Below are positions 20,166 through 34,080 of a DNA stretch of 64,000 nucleotides, in pieces. The stretch's first letter is position 1. Every line of letters starts with the position of its first letter. Below the pieces are notes generated by a model. The model was given only the letters and a program-made list of their open reading frames with translations, was not told the DNA's origin and searched no databases. Origin of the DNA: Nemertoderma westbladi (Eukaryota > Animalia > Xenacoelomorpha); assembly GCA_032718475.1 (NCBI GenBank), contig JAUCBJ010003548.1:62001-126000 (forward strand). Reading direction: 5' to 3'. Both the position numbers and the translations under genes were made by a program.

Positions 20166-21997
20166 ACATTCGCGCCGGACGAGGCCCAGTTATGAGATAC
20201 AAATTAAAATTGAGCTACTGTATCACAAAATCAGTATTTGAAACACACCGCCAATCAATCAAAGAAAGGGGGACAGTACGTGTTCAGCCCTTTTAATCTG
20301 CACCCCCCCCCCCCCCCCCCCCCCCCCTCCCTTCCTACCAACCAATACATAACCGCGACATTATAAGCCTCGTTGTGCTCGTCGTGTTTTGTATTTAAAT
20401 ATCTTTCCTAAACGCAGACTGACGATCTTTATAACAACCGATGCGTTCGATAGGCGAAGCCAGGTATGGTTTTGGTTTATAGGAATATAGTCTACTCAGT
20501 ACCGGTACTCGTCCTCATGAGCCTGAGTTATAGTGTGGCAATTTAGATGCAGCAGTTGCACCCGACCAGCCGGAAACTCGGAACAATAGGCCTACTGCTT
20601 GTACTATGCCGTCTATGCGGGTCAATTTCAACACCGCCGGATACTGGGTGATGGCAGAGTGAGATTAAAAAACCGGATTAATTCATCCTCGGTTACGGTC
20701 AGTCCAGTTTGCCCATAGCGGCAGCGATACCGAAAGTCGATGTCAACAGACAGAGGCGGCCTTGGTGGTGAGTTCGTCTGTTGTTTCATTTCAATTCCAA
20801 CACTTTTCTGGGCAGCTGGGTAGACTCTGGTAGTGGGTACCTGAACTTAGAATGCCGGTCAGAAATTAATTTTCTTTCATTGCTGACAGGAGCGTGGTCG
20901 TGTGTTGTCGTAGTTCAGTACCGTACCGGTAGTTATGTAGGGGGCCGTCCAAGTATGACGTCAGCACTTTAGGGGGGGGGGGGGAAGGGGGGTTGGGAAA
21001 ATCTGATGACGTGCTGATGAGGGGAGGGGATGGGATCAGCCAAAATCTGACGTCAGCATGTTCATTTATAGGTGCTAGAAGAGATATAGCAGAAGAGTAA
21101 ATAGCTTGCCTATTTTAATTGTTCGAAGACCCAGAAGGCCCGTAGCACGACCTTCTGTTTCAGTTACCAGTCACCATGTTTCAGTGATTAGGACGCGAAA
21201 AATTTTTTAATCTGATTTAGGGGAGGGGGGGTGTCAACGCCTATCTGATGACATCTGATTTAGGGGAGGGAGGGGGTCAACATTTTGGGGAAAAGTGCAG
21301 ACGTCTTACTTGGACGGCCCCTAGTTGGCGGTTGCTACCGGTCCGGTCAGCCGGTTGTACAGTCTGACAGTAGTAGGACGGTACGGCGCCAACGGACCCT
21401 CTAAACAAACTCAGGACCGCAGTCCGCACTGCAGTGCGAGTGCATGGCTAATTAGGGCCTACAGAATTCAGGAATTACAGAATTAGGCCTGTCCTGGTCC
21501 TGTACCAGTATACGTGATCTATAATCACTGCACCGGTACCGAGGTAATAGTCAGCCAGTACCGTAAAACACCGAATACAGTATGATAGTATTGAGTATTG
21601 TCTGATTCCAGATTCAGGGATTGAGTATAGTACCTGTACAGGCAGACAGGCCACAATGGTATTACTGTAATTTCGTAATTTGCCAGAAACCCAGTTGATT
21701 TAGTCTCCTAGCAACCAGTTGATCTGATGCCAAGCCTAATAATTTTTGGGTAGATAAATTTATTATAACTGTAAGACAGTTACACAGATGCTGCACGAAG
21801 ACCCCACGCAAATTCAACTTGTAAAATTTCTAAACTTTGGCCAGACTACATGTGTACCAAGTTTGGTTAAATTTCATTAACATTTGGCTGAGTTATTAAC
21901 GTTTAAACATTTAACAGATCGACAGAACAACAGACACACCGATTAAGTTAGTGGTACCTGTATGCTAAGCTCGCTTACTTTCGTCGCTCGCCCCACA
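20166..21997 (-). mobile_element. TGT-junction element, long copy with unique interior and a nested MITE
   Basis: 21700-21997 is the reverse complement of 57994-58350. 20175-20490 matches 25385-25650. The 5' junction is at the TGT of the CYP remnant. Confidence 0.7.
20941..21321. mobile_element. PIF/Harbinger-type MITE (copy 2, internally deleted)
   Basis: Same TIRs as 231-901; 3-bp TSD TAG (20938-20940, 21322-21324). Confidence 0.85.
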
Positions 21998-23487
21998 TAA
22001 CATATATAACGACAATAGAAGCAATAAATATCGTTATGCTCATGAAATCCATAACTCGTTTTGGTTGTTACAGAAGTTTATATAAGTTAAATATTTTGTT
22101 ATCGCCAAATACTGAATGCCACCATCATGATCTCACACCAAAAAAATTACTGAGCACCAAATATATTTTAAAGGTAGCACCAATTTACATCCCCCAATAT
22201 TGAATATCTCTCTCACCAAAAACAATTATTCATCCCCCAAAACAATAATTTATCCCCAAAAACAATTATTCCTACCCCAAAAGCAATTATTCAATCTCCC
22301 TAAAATAATTATTTGTCAACCAAAAACAATTCTTCCAGCACCAAATATTTTATGGAAAATTTATTTATACAAATTCATTCTTTATTTCCATAAATCAAAC
22401 AAAATGTTTGATCATATTATACCGACGATCCTCAGGTGAGTACAAAACAAAGACCCAATTAAAAAACCTGCTTAATCTTGTAACATGTGTTAACTTTCGT
22501 TTATTGTTTTGGTTCCCCCAATACGCCTCTGTAACCTGCTCCATTACTAACCTGATTCTTTAAATAGCAGGGACCTAACGCTCTATGGGACCTAACGCTC
22601 TTTGTGCCTTTACTCGACTTTACCTCTTTGTTTTGTACACAACGGGCAGTAAAGTCTTGGGTCTTTGCTCTTTGTTTTATACTCACGACCCGACGATCCT
22701 CGTACCAATAGTCTGTAACTAAGAGTCTGCTTATTTTGGTAGAATATTTGATTATTTTGGGGGAATAAGCATTTATTTTGAGGGATTATGTATTTATTTT
22801 GGGGGAAATATGTTTTTATTTTGGGGGAATATGTATTTATTTTGGGGGATTATGTATTTATTTTGGAGAAATATGTTTTTATTTTGGGGGAATATGTATT
22901 TATTTTGGGGGATTATGTATTTATTTTGGGGGATTATGTATTTATTTTGGGGGAAAATATATTTATTTTGGGGAATTATGTATTTATCTTAGGGGCAGCA
23001 AATGTATTTCTTTTGGGAAAATTTGCATTTATTTTGGGAAAATTTGTACTTATTTTGGGAAAATTTGTATTTATTTTGGGGGTTTTGTCATTTATTTTGG
23101 TGTGAATAATTGGTTTTGGGGAGCATTCATTTATTTTGGTGTTGAATAATTGTTTTTGGTGTTGAATAATTGTTTTTAGTGTTGAATAATTGTTTTTAGT
23201 GTTGAATAATTGTTTTTGGTGTTAAAAAATTTATTTTGGAGTTTGAATAATTTTTTTTGGGGTCACATTATTATAATTGGTGTAATATAACTTTTTGTTG
23301 GTGAAATATTTTATTTGATTTATTTTGGTATCATATATCAATAGTATTATCAATTATATGTATTATATTATATGTATTATCAATTGGTAGCCTTTTGTCA
23401 TCTTCCACAATAAATATTTTAGAGTTAACTAGAAATTAGACCTATTCTCATAGTATTCTGAACAGTACATAATATGGACCCCAAAAC
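21995..23487 (-). pseudogene. Remnant of a duplicated P450 5' end (first ~19 codons plus upstream region), split by a MITE
   Basis: 21995-22098 matches 19438-19540 (MDFMSITIFIASIVVIYVM), and 23395-23487 matches 19540-19635. Confidence 0.75.
22100..23390. mobile_element. Foldback/MITE with long degenerate arms made of ~20-22-bp subrepeats
   Basis: Left arm is rich in 'ccccaaaa.aattatt', right arm in 'tttattttggggg' / 'gaataattgtttttgg'. It interrupts the CYP-remnant homology. Confidence 0.6.
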
Positions 23488-23690
23488 TCCAGATAGTGGC
23501 GCAAATTTACCGCAAAAAATTATCTTCAGCGCAAATTGACCGCAAATACCATGTGGGTGGACTTGTGTACTTTAGAACCTCCAGCGCAAATACCATGAGT
23601 ATGGTCTTAGTGTACTTTGGACGTTATGGTGTTAATGTTTTTAATGGACATTGGCATAATGAAAGGTCTTGATGTTTTTAATGGATTTAT

Positions 23691-24410
23691 ATAGTGGGGT
23701 CAGTGGACATAGTGGGGTTAGTGGACATAGTGGGGTTAGTGGACATAGTGGTGTTAGTGGACATAGTTGGGTTAGTGGACATAGTGAGGTTAGTGGACAT
23801 AGTGGGGTTAGTGGACATTATGGAGTTACTGGACGTAGTGGGTTTAGTGGACATGGTGGGGTTAGTGGACATAGTGGGGTTAGTAGACATAGTGGGGTTA
23901 GTGGACATTATGGAGTTACTGGACATAGTGGGGTCAGTGGACATTATGGAGTTACTGGTCATAGTGGGGTTAGTGGACATTATGGAGTTACTGGACATAG
24001 TGGAGTCAGTGGACATTATGGAGTTACTGGTCATAGTGGGGTTAGTGGACATTGAGTTACTGGACATAGTGGGGTTAGTGGACATAGTGGGGTTAGTGGA
24101 CATAGTGGGGTTAGTGGACATAGTTGGGTTAGTGGACATAGTGGGGTTAGTGGACACAGTGGGGTTAGTGGACAGTATGGAGTTACTGGACATAGTGGGG
24201 TTAGTGGACATAGTGGGGTTAGTGGACATTGAGTTACTGGACATAGTGGGGTTAGTGGACATAGTGGGGTTAGTGGACATAGTGGGGTTAGTGGACATAG
24301 TTGGGTTAGTGGACATAGTGGGGTTAGTGGACACAGTGGGGTTAGTGGACATTATGGAGTTACTGGACATAGTGGGGTTAGTGGAGATTATGGAGTTACT
24401 GGACTATAGT
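23691..24410. repeat. 18-bp minisatellite
   Basis: Unit GGACATAGTGGGGTTAGT with variant GGACATTATGGAGTTACT. Confidence 0.95.
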
Positions 24411-24697
24411 AAAAATTTCTTATCGTGAAAGCAATTGTAATGAATCGGAAGTTTATTGCGTGTTGGTTTTTTGCAATAAATCCCGATTCATTACAATATG
24501 TAAAAGAAATTGAACCGTTCGTAACGTGACGATTCTTCAGATTATTCGATATCATTAGGAAGCTACAGAATCACATTACAATGATTCCTAGACATCATCT
24601 GTCTTCGTATGCGGTAGAGTCATCTGAATTTGATTGAGAAATAGTCGAGGAATTATAAAATAAATGGCTGCGAAAAGCTTTTTAATCCCAATTATTT

Positions 24698-25370
24698 ACA
24701 GTGTTCTACAGTGTTCCACAGTCCTCTACAGTGCTCTACAGTGCTCTACAATGCTCTACAGTGCTCTACAGTGTTCTACAGTCCTCTACAGTGCTCTACA
24801 ATGCTCTACAGTGCTCCACAGTGCTCTACAGTGCTCTACAATGTTCTACAGTGCTCTACAGTGTTCTACAGTCCTCTACAGTGTTCTACAGTCCTCTACA
24901 GTGTTCTACAATGCTCTACAGTGCTCTACAATGCTCTACAGTGCTCTACAGTGTTCTACAGTCCTCTACAGTGCTCTACAATGCTCTACAGTGCTCTACA
25001 GTGCTCTACAGTGCTCTACAATGTTCTACAGTGCTCTACAGTGTTCTACAGTCCTCTACAGTGTTCTACAGTGCTCTACAATGCTCTACAGTGCTCTACA
25101 GTGTTCTACAGTGCTCTACAGTGCTCTACAGTGTTCTACAGTCCTCTACAGTGTTCTACAGTGCTCTACAGTGTTCTACAGTGCTCTACAATGCTCTACA
25201 ATGCTCTACAGTGCTCTACAGTGTTCTACAGTGCTCTACAATGCTCTACAGTGCTCTACAGTGCTCTACAATGCTCTACAGTGCTCTACAGTGCTCTACA
25301 GTGTTCTACAGTCCTCTACAGTGTTCTACAGTCCTCTACAATGCTCTACAGTGCTCTACAGTGTTCTACA
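24698..25370. repeat. 10-bp minisatellite (resumes at 26936-26960 after an insertion)
   Basis: Unit GTGCTCTACA and single-base variants. Confidence 0.95.
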
Positions 25371-26935
25371 CGTTCGTGGGGCCTTCGCGCAGCACGAGGC
25401 CCAGTTATGAGATACAAATTAAAATTGAGCGACTGTATCACAAAATCAGGTTTTGAGAAATTTACCCACACCACCAATCAATCAAAGAAAGGGGGACAGT
25501 ACGTGTTCACCCCTTTTAATCCCCCCCCCCCCCCCACCCTTCCCAACCACCAATACATAACCGCGACATCTACCACCCACGGAAGGGTAGCACGAACTTA
25601 TTTCCAATCGCACGTTCAATATGCAAAGCCAGGTGGTTTATAGGAATATAATAAACGCAGTACTCGTATTCATTATAAGCCTCGTTGCGTTCGTCCTGTT
25701 TTGTATTTAAATATATTTCTTAAACGCAGGCTAGGACGTTCTTTATAATAATAATAACTAGGGATGCGATCAATATGTGAAGCCAGGTGGTTTATATAAT
25801 AATTTAGTCAACGCAGTACTCGCCTTCATTATATGCCTCGTTGCGCTCGTCGCTTGTCCTGTTTTGTTATAAAATATTTTTCCTAAACGCAGACTGACGA
25901 TCTTTATACAGTTATAACTATGCGAAGTTTCGAAACTGTGCGAGTAACTGTTGATACATCTATGTGGATATGTGTGATATGTGGAGATGTGTGATACAAC
26001 GCCAACGCATCTTATGCCGATGTAGTAATATGGGTATTGAAATAATATTAAATTAATGTACACTCTTAAAGCTGCAGCGAAAAAATGTAGCTAATTTCCT
26101 AGGTTACATATAAAATAATAATATTATTTTTAAGAACATTAATTTTACTACTTTGCAAAAATTCAATTAAAAAATAACCAGACATATACATTGTGGAATA
26201 AACTATTTCAGAAGCCTACACAACAGCCATGCCATGGATAGTATTTATGTTATGATATCTGTCATTCACCTGAGATAGCAATACAACATTTATAGTGAAT
26301 TTAAAGAATGCTGTCTGGGCTGGAATAGCAATACTGGCTGTCTATTACTATTCCTCTCTGGTTAGTCTTAGCAACAACTCCCAGCCAGCAGCAGAGACTT
26401 GACCAATAATCATTCCCAGCAACTGGGAATGACACACACATCCCATCTATGTACCAGCATGTTGGCCAATAAATGAGCAGTATTTAATGAGAACAAATTT
26501 TTTTTGCCGTTTTAATTACTTTAGATCAATTAAAGACACAATTATTAAAGCAAATCACTTGAACTAATTAAAAACTATAATAGAATGGCGTATGGGGATT
26601 ACATCTGTATAATTTTTAATTATAATTATTTAAATCTTATACTGTAAAACAATTAATTTCCTTTAAAAGGCAGGTTGAAAATGGTGTTTTTACCGTAATA
26701 ACTTAATTAACTAATTAACTGCTATTATCTTAGCTTCTCGAAGGCCACACTGAAATTCTACTTGGAAAATTTCTAAACTTTTGCCAAACAACATGTGTAC
26801 CAAGTTTGGATAGATTTCATCAAAGATTGGCCGAGTTATTAACGTTTAAAATTGAACACGACAGAACGACAGAACGACAGGTTGATTAATGGTACCACTA
26901 CGCTAAGGCTCACTCACTTCGTGGCTCGCCCCACA
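25368..26935 (-). mobile_element. TGT-junction element inserted in the 10-bp satellite
   Basis: gtgttctACA-cgttcgtggggccttcgcgcagcacga ... cttcgtggctcgcccc-ACAgtgctctaca. Both family ends are present and the satellite register is preserved. Confidence 0.85.
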
Positions 26936-28520
26936 GTGCTCTACAATGCTCTACAGTGTTACGTAATTAAATAGCTTAGCGCAGATGAACTTTCTAACGT
27001 TCATTTCTCCGATATTTCCCAACAAAATTTAGATGTAAATTTCCATAAGTTTCTATTTCTTTAGGGTTGAGTCGGCTACTTATGTAAACTCAATTTGTTC
27101 AGTCCAGTAAAAAGCTGTAGCCTAACAACCCTAAACAAATTCGGGTTAAAGTTTACAGCAGCTGTAGATTTTATAACATATTGTACGAGAATAACTATTC
27201 TGACACCTGGAATACACATAATAACCATTCTCTAATAATATATTATGGGTTGTTTTGTTCAGAATTGGTAAAAATGTGGAAGGTCATCAGTGGGGGTTGA
27301 ACCAGCGCTATACTCAATTGAACAAAGACGAGTCAGAGGAATGTGGTTCAACTGGTTATCGCCACTTATCAGGCGTAATAGCCCTAAACAGAGCCGTGGC
27401 GTATAGCGCTGGTTCAAACATCGGCAACTTGCTTCCTCAATTTACCACTTTTGATGAAAACAACGCAACATAATATAATTTTATTACAAGTCGCATCATC
27501 TCAAACTAAATTTATTTATTTACATTAATGATAACTGTTTGGTAAAGCGAAGAATTCGTTCATAACGCGACTCAAAGTATGATTTTGAGCGTCATGGCAA
27601 CTGAAAAGCTTTACCGACGGCTTAACTTTAATTAGAATTCGGGCCTGTTTTGTTTCAATTGCCGGTAGAAACACTATATAATATCAATGTATTAGCCAAT
27701 TAATGAATAGATTACGTAAGAATGCATTTAATCCTAGCGTTGAATATAGATTACATGTAGCAGTTAAACATATTCACTATGTTAATTATAATTGTTGGTC
27801 CTTAATAATAAATACTCTTATAACAGAACGCATAATTAAAATGTTGGCACTAACAGCCACAACCAATCCAATGTTATGCTTGTATTATTATGCAATATCC
27901 TTCCAATCTCGCCAAATATTATGCAAGTAGGCCGGCCTAGTGTTCATTGAAATGGAACTCATCCCTAATATTGCACTGGTTCAATGAGCATACTGTACAG
28001 TGTACACGAATAAATTCATTTCATGGTAATAGCAATGTAAATTTGTAAAACGATGGTGTGCATAAAACAAAGCATAATTCAGGGATATGGTCTGGTCAGG
28101 TCACGCCATGGTTAGCTTTTAGCTACGTCATATTGAATCGCAAGCGTAAATAAAGATATTACGCGGTTCACCGCCGAATCGAACAAGTGTTTCGGAATCG
28201 CTAGACGCTAATTCAGTAACACTTTTGAGACGAACGGACATTTACTAATTCCTATGATTTTTATGTTTGTAAGTTTCTGGACGAAATGTCGTATAATAAT
28301 TCAGACACAATGAATTCTTCTCGAGAACTGAATAATTTTATTAGGTATCCATGATTTGGTAGTTAGAAATCCGGCATAGGAGTGTACACGTGAAGATGCC
28401 CCGTAGTACGGATAGTTCTGAAAGACAAGACTCAGTTTAATTTTTATCAATGATAGCTCCAGCTACAGGCAAGTTAAATACCCCCGATTCAAGATAGTGT
28501 TGTCTCACATACAGATCTTA

Positions 28521-28616
28521 CGGCTTGTTTAAAGCCTTGTTTGGTTAAGCGGCTTGTTTAAAGCCTTGTTTGGTTAAGCGGCTTGTTTAAAGCCTTGTTT
28601 GGTTAAGCGGCTTGTT
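28521..28616. repeat. 29-bp tandem repeat, about 3.3 copies
   Basis: Unit CGGCTTGTTTAAAGCCTTGTTTGGTTAAG. Confidence 0.9.
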
Positions 28617-28988
28617 AATTAGATTTATGTAGTAAGTAATTATAATTTGCGCCTTAGCCCTGAGTACGGACCAAAACCCCATAGAAGATTGAACTAGCAT
28701 CTATGCGAAATTACGTTGTAACGTTCTAATTTTCATAATATATCGGTTCCACAATTTGTGTGCCTGTGTACCTGTCACCTGTGTTATATTATAAGTGGGA
28801 GGATATATTTTAAATATTACATGTACCATACAGGTATAGTTGTATTCATTTTTACATACATACAGTACATTGTGCGTATTTACTTAAATAACACGCTAAC
28901 CACGCTGTGCAATATATGTAATCTATTGTCATTCATATTTGCATGATTATTTAATATAATAAAAATAATAAATACAACATCTAAAATG

Positions 28989-29862
28989 GAGACAGGGTGG
29001 AAACTGGACGCAAATCCCAACTCGGAGAATTAATATTTCGTCTCAATGTTTAATTATCAATTTAGGAAATGAGCAGGTTACCGTGGCTCGTTATTCTAAC
29101 CAAAACAATAAAGTCAGCTGTTATTTGGCTCGAGATTGGATTAATTTTGATTGCGTCGAAAGACCCCCCCCCCCCCTCCCACTATAGATGAGGCAGTCGC
29201 TGCCCCTGTTCCTGACATACTATTTGGTTGCGTTTAACGTTGATTAGTCATTACCTCGCATTCTTGTACGGAGGAATTGAAGTGTTGTTTGAAGTTGATT
29301 GAAGTGAACTGTTTAACCATTTCTATGTAATGGCAGCTATCTATGGAAGCACGCACGGCACTACTTCTCGTTTTGCAAAAGCTTGAAAAGTATTACATTG
29401 ACACGCGCTGACACATTATTATGCGGCGCAAGTTTGTGGTGCTGTTTCCCAGTGGTTAGTAAGTTATCCCTAGATCTAAATAACCCACTTTGCCTGTTTT
29501 CTCCCATGGAAACATACAGGATGTCTGGAACACCAGACAATCTTAATTTACTGTTTTCTATTTGTACATACCTACCACTGGTGGTACGACAGACCGCAAA
29601 GCTACACAGAGTAATAATACTGCCCGGAGTCACATTACGTAGAGCTAGCAGATAGGGGGGGGGGGGGGGTGGTGGGAAACTGTACGCAATAAAAATTCAT
29701 CCCACTCCAGGGAAATTCGACGCAAATAACAGCTGATCACTTAATTACTTGTTGAAATAACGTGCCACTGCAACCTGCTCCTTTCCTAAATTGAGAAATT
29801 AACATTGAGGCGGGATATTAATTCGCCAAGGCGGGATTTGCATCCAGTTTCCCCCCTGTCTC
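28989..29862. mobile_element. MITE with ~110-bp imperfect TIRs (GAG...CTC ends)
   Basis: gagacagggtggaaactggacgcaaatccc... is inverted to ...gggatttgcatccagtttcccccctgtctc. Fragments also at about 11295-11450 and 63230-63270. No TSD seen. Confidence 0.7.
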
Positions 29863-30079
29863 AGAGTTAGATCAGAGAAATACAACTACAGTATATTGTT
29901 GATGGAATAAATTCCGCTGTCGCAATATGATAGTTATAAAATGTTTAATTAAATGTTCTAAACGGACTAGGGTTAGGTAAGACTAAGGTTAACTCTCGTA
30001 ATATTGCCAGACTTGTTCATATTATTGGTATTCGTATTTTAGTTATACATTTTAACTGAGATAGTTACCATCCGCCTTT

Positions 30080-33000
30080 CCATTTAGTGTGCGACAAGAG
30101 TTATATTTCTCCATTTAGTGTGCGACAAGAGTTATATTTCTCCATTTAGTGTGTGACAAGAGTTATATTTCTCCATTTAGTGTGCGACAAGAGTTATATT
30201 TCTCCATTTAGTGTGCGACAAGAGTTATATTTCTCCATTTAGTGTGTGACAAGAGTTATATTTCTCCATTTAGTGTGCGACAAGAGTTATATTTCTCCAT
30301 TTAGTGTGCGACAAGAGTTATATTTCTCCATTTAGTGTGTGACAAGAGTTATATTTCTCCATTTAGTTTGTGACAAGAGTTATATTTCTACATTTAGTGT
30401 GCGACAAGAGTTATATTTCTCCATTTAGTGTGTGACAAGAGTTATATTTCTCCATTTAGTGTGCGACAAGAGTTATATTTCTCCATTTAGTGTGCGACAA
30501 GAGTTATATTTCTCCATTTAGTGTGCGACAAGAGTTATATTTCTCCATTTAGTGTGCGACAAGAGTTATATTTCTCCATTTAGTGTGTGACAAGAGTTAT
30601 ATTTCTCTATTTAGTGTGTGACAAGAGTTATATTTCTCCATTTAGTGTGCGACAAGAGTTATATTTCTCCATTTAGTGTGCGACAAGAGTTATATTTCTC
30701 CATTTAGTGTGCGACAAGAGTTATATTTCTCCATTTAGTGTGTGACAAGAGTTATATTTCTCCATTTAGTTTGTGACAAGAGTTATATTTCTCCATTTAG
30801 TGTGCGACAAGAGTTATATTTCTCCATTTAGTGTGTGACAAGAGTTATATTTCTCCATTTAGTGTGTGACAAGAGTTATATTTCTCCATTTAGTGTGCGA
30901 CAAGAGTTATATTTCTCCATTTAGTGTGTGACAAGAGTTATATTTCTCCATTTAGTTTGTGACAAGAGTTATATTTCTCCATTTAGTGTGCGACAAGAGT
31001 TATATTTCTCCATTTAGTGTGTGACAAGAGTTATATTTCTCCATTTAGTTTGTGACAAGAGTTATATTTCTCCATTTAGTGTGCGACAAGAGTTATATTT
31101 CTCCATTTAGTGTGCGACAAGAGTTATATTTCTCAATTTAGTGTGCGACAAGAGTTATATTTCTCCATTTAGTGTGCGACAAGAGTTATATTTCTCAATT
31201 TAGTGTGTGACAAGAGTTATATTTCTCCATTTAGTGTGTGACAAGAGTTATATTTCTCCATTTAGTGTGCGACAAGAGTTATATTTCTCCATTTAGTGTG
31301 TGACAAGAGTTATATTTCTCCATTTAGTTTGTGACAAGAGTTATATTTCTCCATTTAGTGTGCGACAAGAGTTATATTTCTCCATTTAGTGTGCGACAAG
31401 AGTTATATTTCTCAATTTAGTGTGCGACAAGAGTTATATTTCTCCATTTAGTGTGCGACAAGAGTTATATTTCTCCATTTAGTGTGCGACAAGAGTTATA
31501 TTTCTCCATTTAGTGTGTGACAAGAGTTATATTTCTCCATTTAGTTTGTGACAAGAGTTATATTTCTCCATTTAGTGTGCGACAAGAGTTATATTTCTCC
31601 ATTTAGTGTGTGACAAGAGTTATATTTCTCCATTTAGTGTGCGACAAGAGTTATATTTCTCCATTTAGTGTGCGACAAGAGTTATATTTCTCCATTTAGT
31701 GTGCGACAAGAGTTATATTTCTCAATTTAGTGTGTGACAAGAGTTATATTTCTCCATTTAGTTTGTGACAAGAGTTATATTTCTCCATTTAGTGTGCGAC
31801 AAGAGTTATATTTCTCCATTTAGTGTGTGACAAGAGTTATATTTCTCCATTTAGTGTGCGACAAGAGTTATATTTCTCCATTTAGTGTGCGACAAGAGTT
31901 ATATTTCTCAATTTAGTGTGTGACAAGAGTTATATTTCTCCATTTAGTTTGTGACAAGAGTTATATTTCTCCATTTAGTGTGCGACAAGAGTTATATTTC
32001 TCCATTTAGTGTGCGACAAGAGTTATATTTCTCCATTTAGTGTGCGACAAGAGTTATATTTCTCCATTTAGTGTGTGACAAGAGTTATATTTCTCCATTT
32101 AGTGTGCGACAAGAGTTATATTTCTCCATTTAGTGTGTGACAAGAGTTATATTTCTCCATTTAGTGTGTGACAAGAGTTATATTTCTCCATTTAGTTTGT
32201 GACAAGAGTTATATTTCTCCATTTAGTGTGCGACAAGAGTTATATTTCTCCATTTAGTGTGTGACAAGAGTTATATTTCTCCATTTAGTGTGCGACAAGA
32301 GTTATATTTCTCCATTTAGTTTGTGACAAGAGTTATATTTCTCCATTTAGTGTGCGACAAGAGTTATATTTCTCCATTTAGTGTGTGACAAGAGTTATAT
32401 TTCTCCATTTAGTGTGCGACAAGAGTTATATTTCTCCATTTAGTTTGTGACAAGAGTTATATTTCTCCATTTAGTGTGCGACAAGAGTTATATTTCTCCA
32501 TTTAGTGTGCGACAAGAGTTATATTTCTCCATTTAGTGTTTGACAAGAGTTATATTTCTCCATTTAGTGTGTGACAAGAGTTATATTTCTCCATTTAGTG
32601 TGCGACAAGAGTTATATTTCTCCATTTAGTGTGCGACAAGAGTTATATTTCTCCATTTAGTGTGCGACAAGAGTTATATTTCTCAATTTAGTGTGTGACA
32701 AGAGTTATATTTCTCCATTTAGTGTGCGACAAGAGTTATATTTCTCAATTTAGTGTGTGACAAGAGTTATATTTCTCCATTTAGTTTGTGACAAGAGTTA
32801 TTTTTCTCCATTTAGTGTGCGACAAGAGTTATATTTCTCCATTTAGTGTGTGACAAGAGTTATATTTCTCCATTTAGTGTGCGACAAGAGTTATATTTCT
32901 CCATTTAGTGTGCGACAAGAGTTATATTTCTCAATTTAGTGTGTGACAAGAGTTATATTTCTCCATTTAGTTTGTGACAAGAGTTATATTTCTACATTTA

Positions 33001-33458
33001 GTGTGCGACAAGAGTTATATTTCTCCATTTAGTGTGTGACAAGAGTTATATTTCTCCATTTAGTGTGTGACAAGAGTTATATTTCTCCATTTAGTGTGCG
33101 ACAAGAGTTATATTTCTCCATTTAGTGTGCGACAAGAGTTATATTTCTCCATTTAGTGTGTGACAAGAGTTATATTTCTCCATTTAGTGTGTGACAAGAG
33201 TTATATTTTTCCATTTAGTGTGTGACAAGAGTTATATTTCTCCATTTAGTGTGCGACAAGAGTTATATTTCTCCATTTAGTGTGTGACAAGAGTTATATT
33301 TCTCCATTTAGTGTGCGACAAGAGTTATATTTCTCCATTTAGTGTGCGACAAGAGTTATATTTTTTCATTTAGTGTGTGACAAGAGTTATATTTCTCCAT
33401 TTAGTGTGTGACAAGAGTTATATTTCTCCATTTAGTGTGCGACAAGAGTTATATTTCT
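30080..33458. repeat. 31-bp satellite array, ~3.4 kb, ~109 units
   Basis: Unit CCATTTAGTGTGCGACAAGAGTTATATTTCT. Variation is mostly CG>TG, GTG>TTG and CC>CA. Confidence 0.97.
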
Positions 33459-33834
33459 GCTTTCAACTTTAGCTACAAGCGGTTGAAAATTGTCTTAAAA
33501 ACAATTATGAATATTATACCAGTCGCGAGTTGCTCTGTATTTATTCATAGCCCTTTTCTCAATATGGTACCGCTAGAATGGTGAAATTACCAGGGGCGCG
33601 TCCAGCTTTTCGTTAAGGGGGGGGGGGGGGGGGGGGGCAGTGGCATGCAGAGCTAAAGTGGTGCCCGGGGCCAAATCAGGAGGTCCCCCCCCCCCCCACC
33701 CAAAAAAAGGGTGGAAAATAACATTCAACTAGCGCACCAAACGAACAAGTTTCTAGACATTACTAGGCACTAGAAAAACAATTTGAGCTGGAATTTTTAA
33801 TGTTTGACATAATAAATTGTTCTAAAACTGATAC

Positions 33835-34075
33835 CGGTAGCCTTACAAAACTATTTAAATCAAAATTAATATCCAATGTTCATAAGTATTCTACCCGCTC
33901 AGCACCACTAAAAGTTTTTCCATTCCGCGTGTTCGACTCCAGATATCCAAACAGTCTTTAAAATTTACAGGATATAAATATGGAATGAATTGCCTCTCGA
34001 AATTAAAAATGCAAAGACCAAAAATTCACTTGTTATTCTGTTAAAAAATAAATATCTGGAATCTCTATTATAATT
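33835..34075 (+). mobile_element. CR1/L2-group LINE ORF2 C-terminal fragment
   Basis: HKYSTRS...IPRVRLQISKQSLKFTG../WNELPLEIKNAKT...LKNKYL*, with frameshifts. Confidence 0.6.
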
Positions 34076-34080
34076 AACAG

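Noticed and set aside
22778-23149. Hydrophobic FGG/YF repeat ORFs
   Set aside because: Translation of the subrepeated arm of a foldback element.
23669-25643. Long repetitive ORFs (GHSGVS, STNPTM, LQCSTV)
   Set aside because: Translations of 18-bp and 10-bp minisatellites, open in several frames and strands, with no splice or domain support.
30080-33458. CRISPR-like array (31-bp repeats)
   Set aside because: Units are head-to-tail with no unique spacers, there are no cas genes, and the context is eukaryotic.
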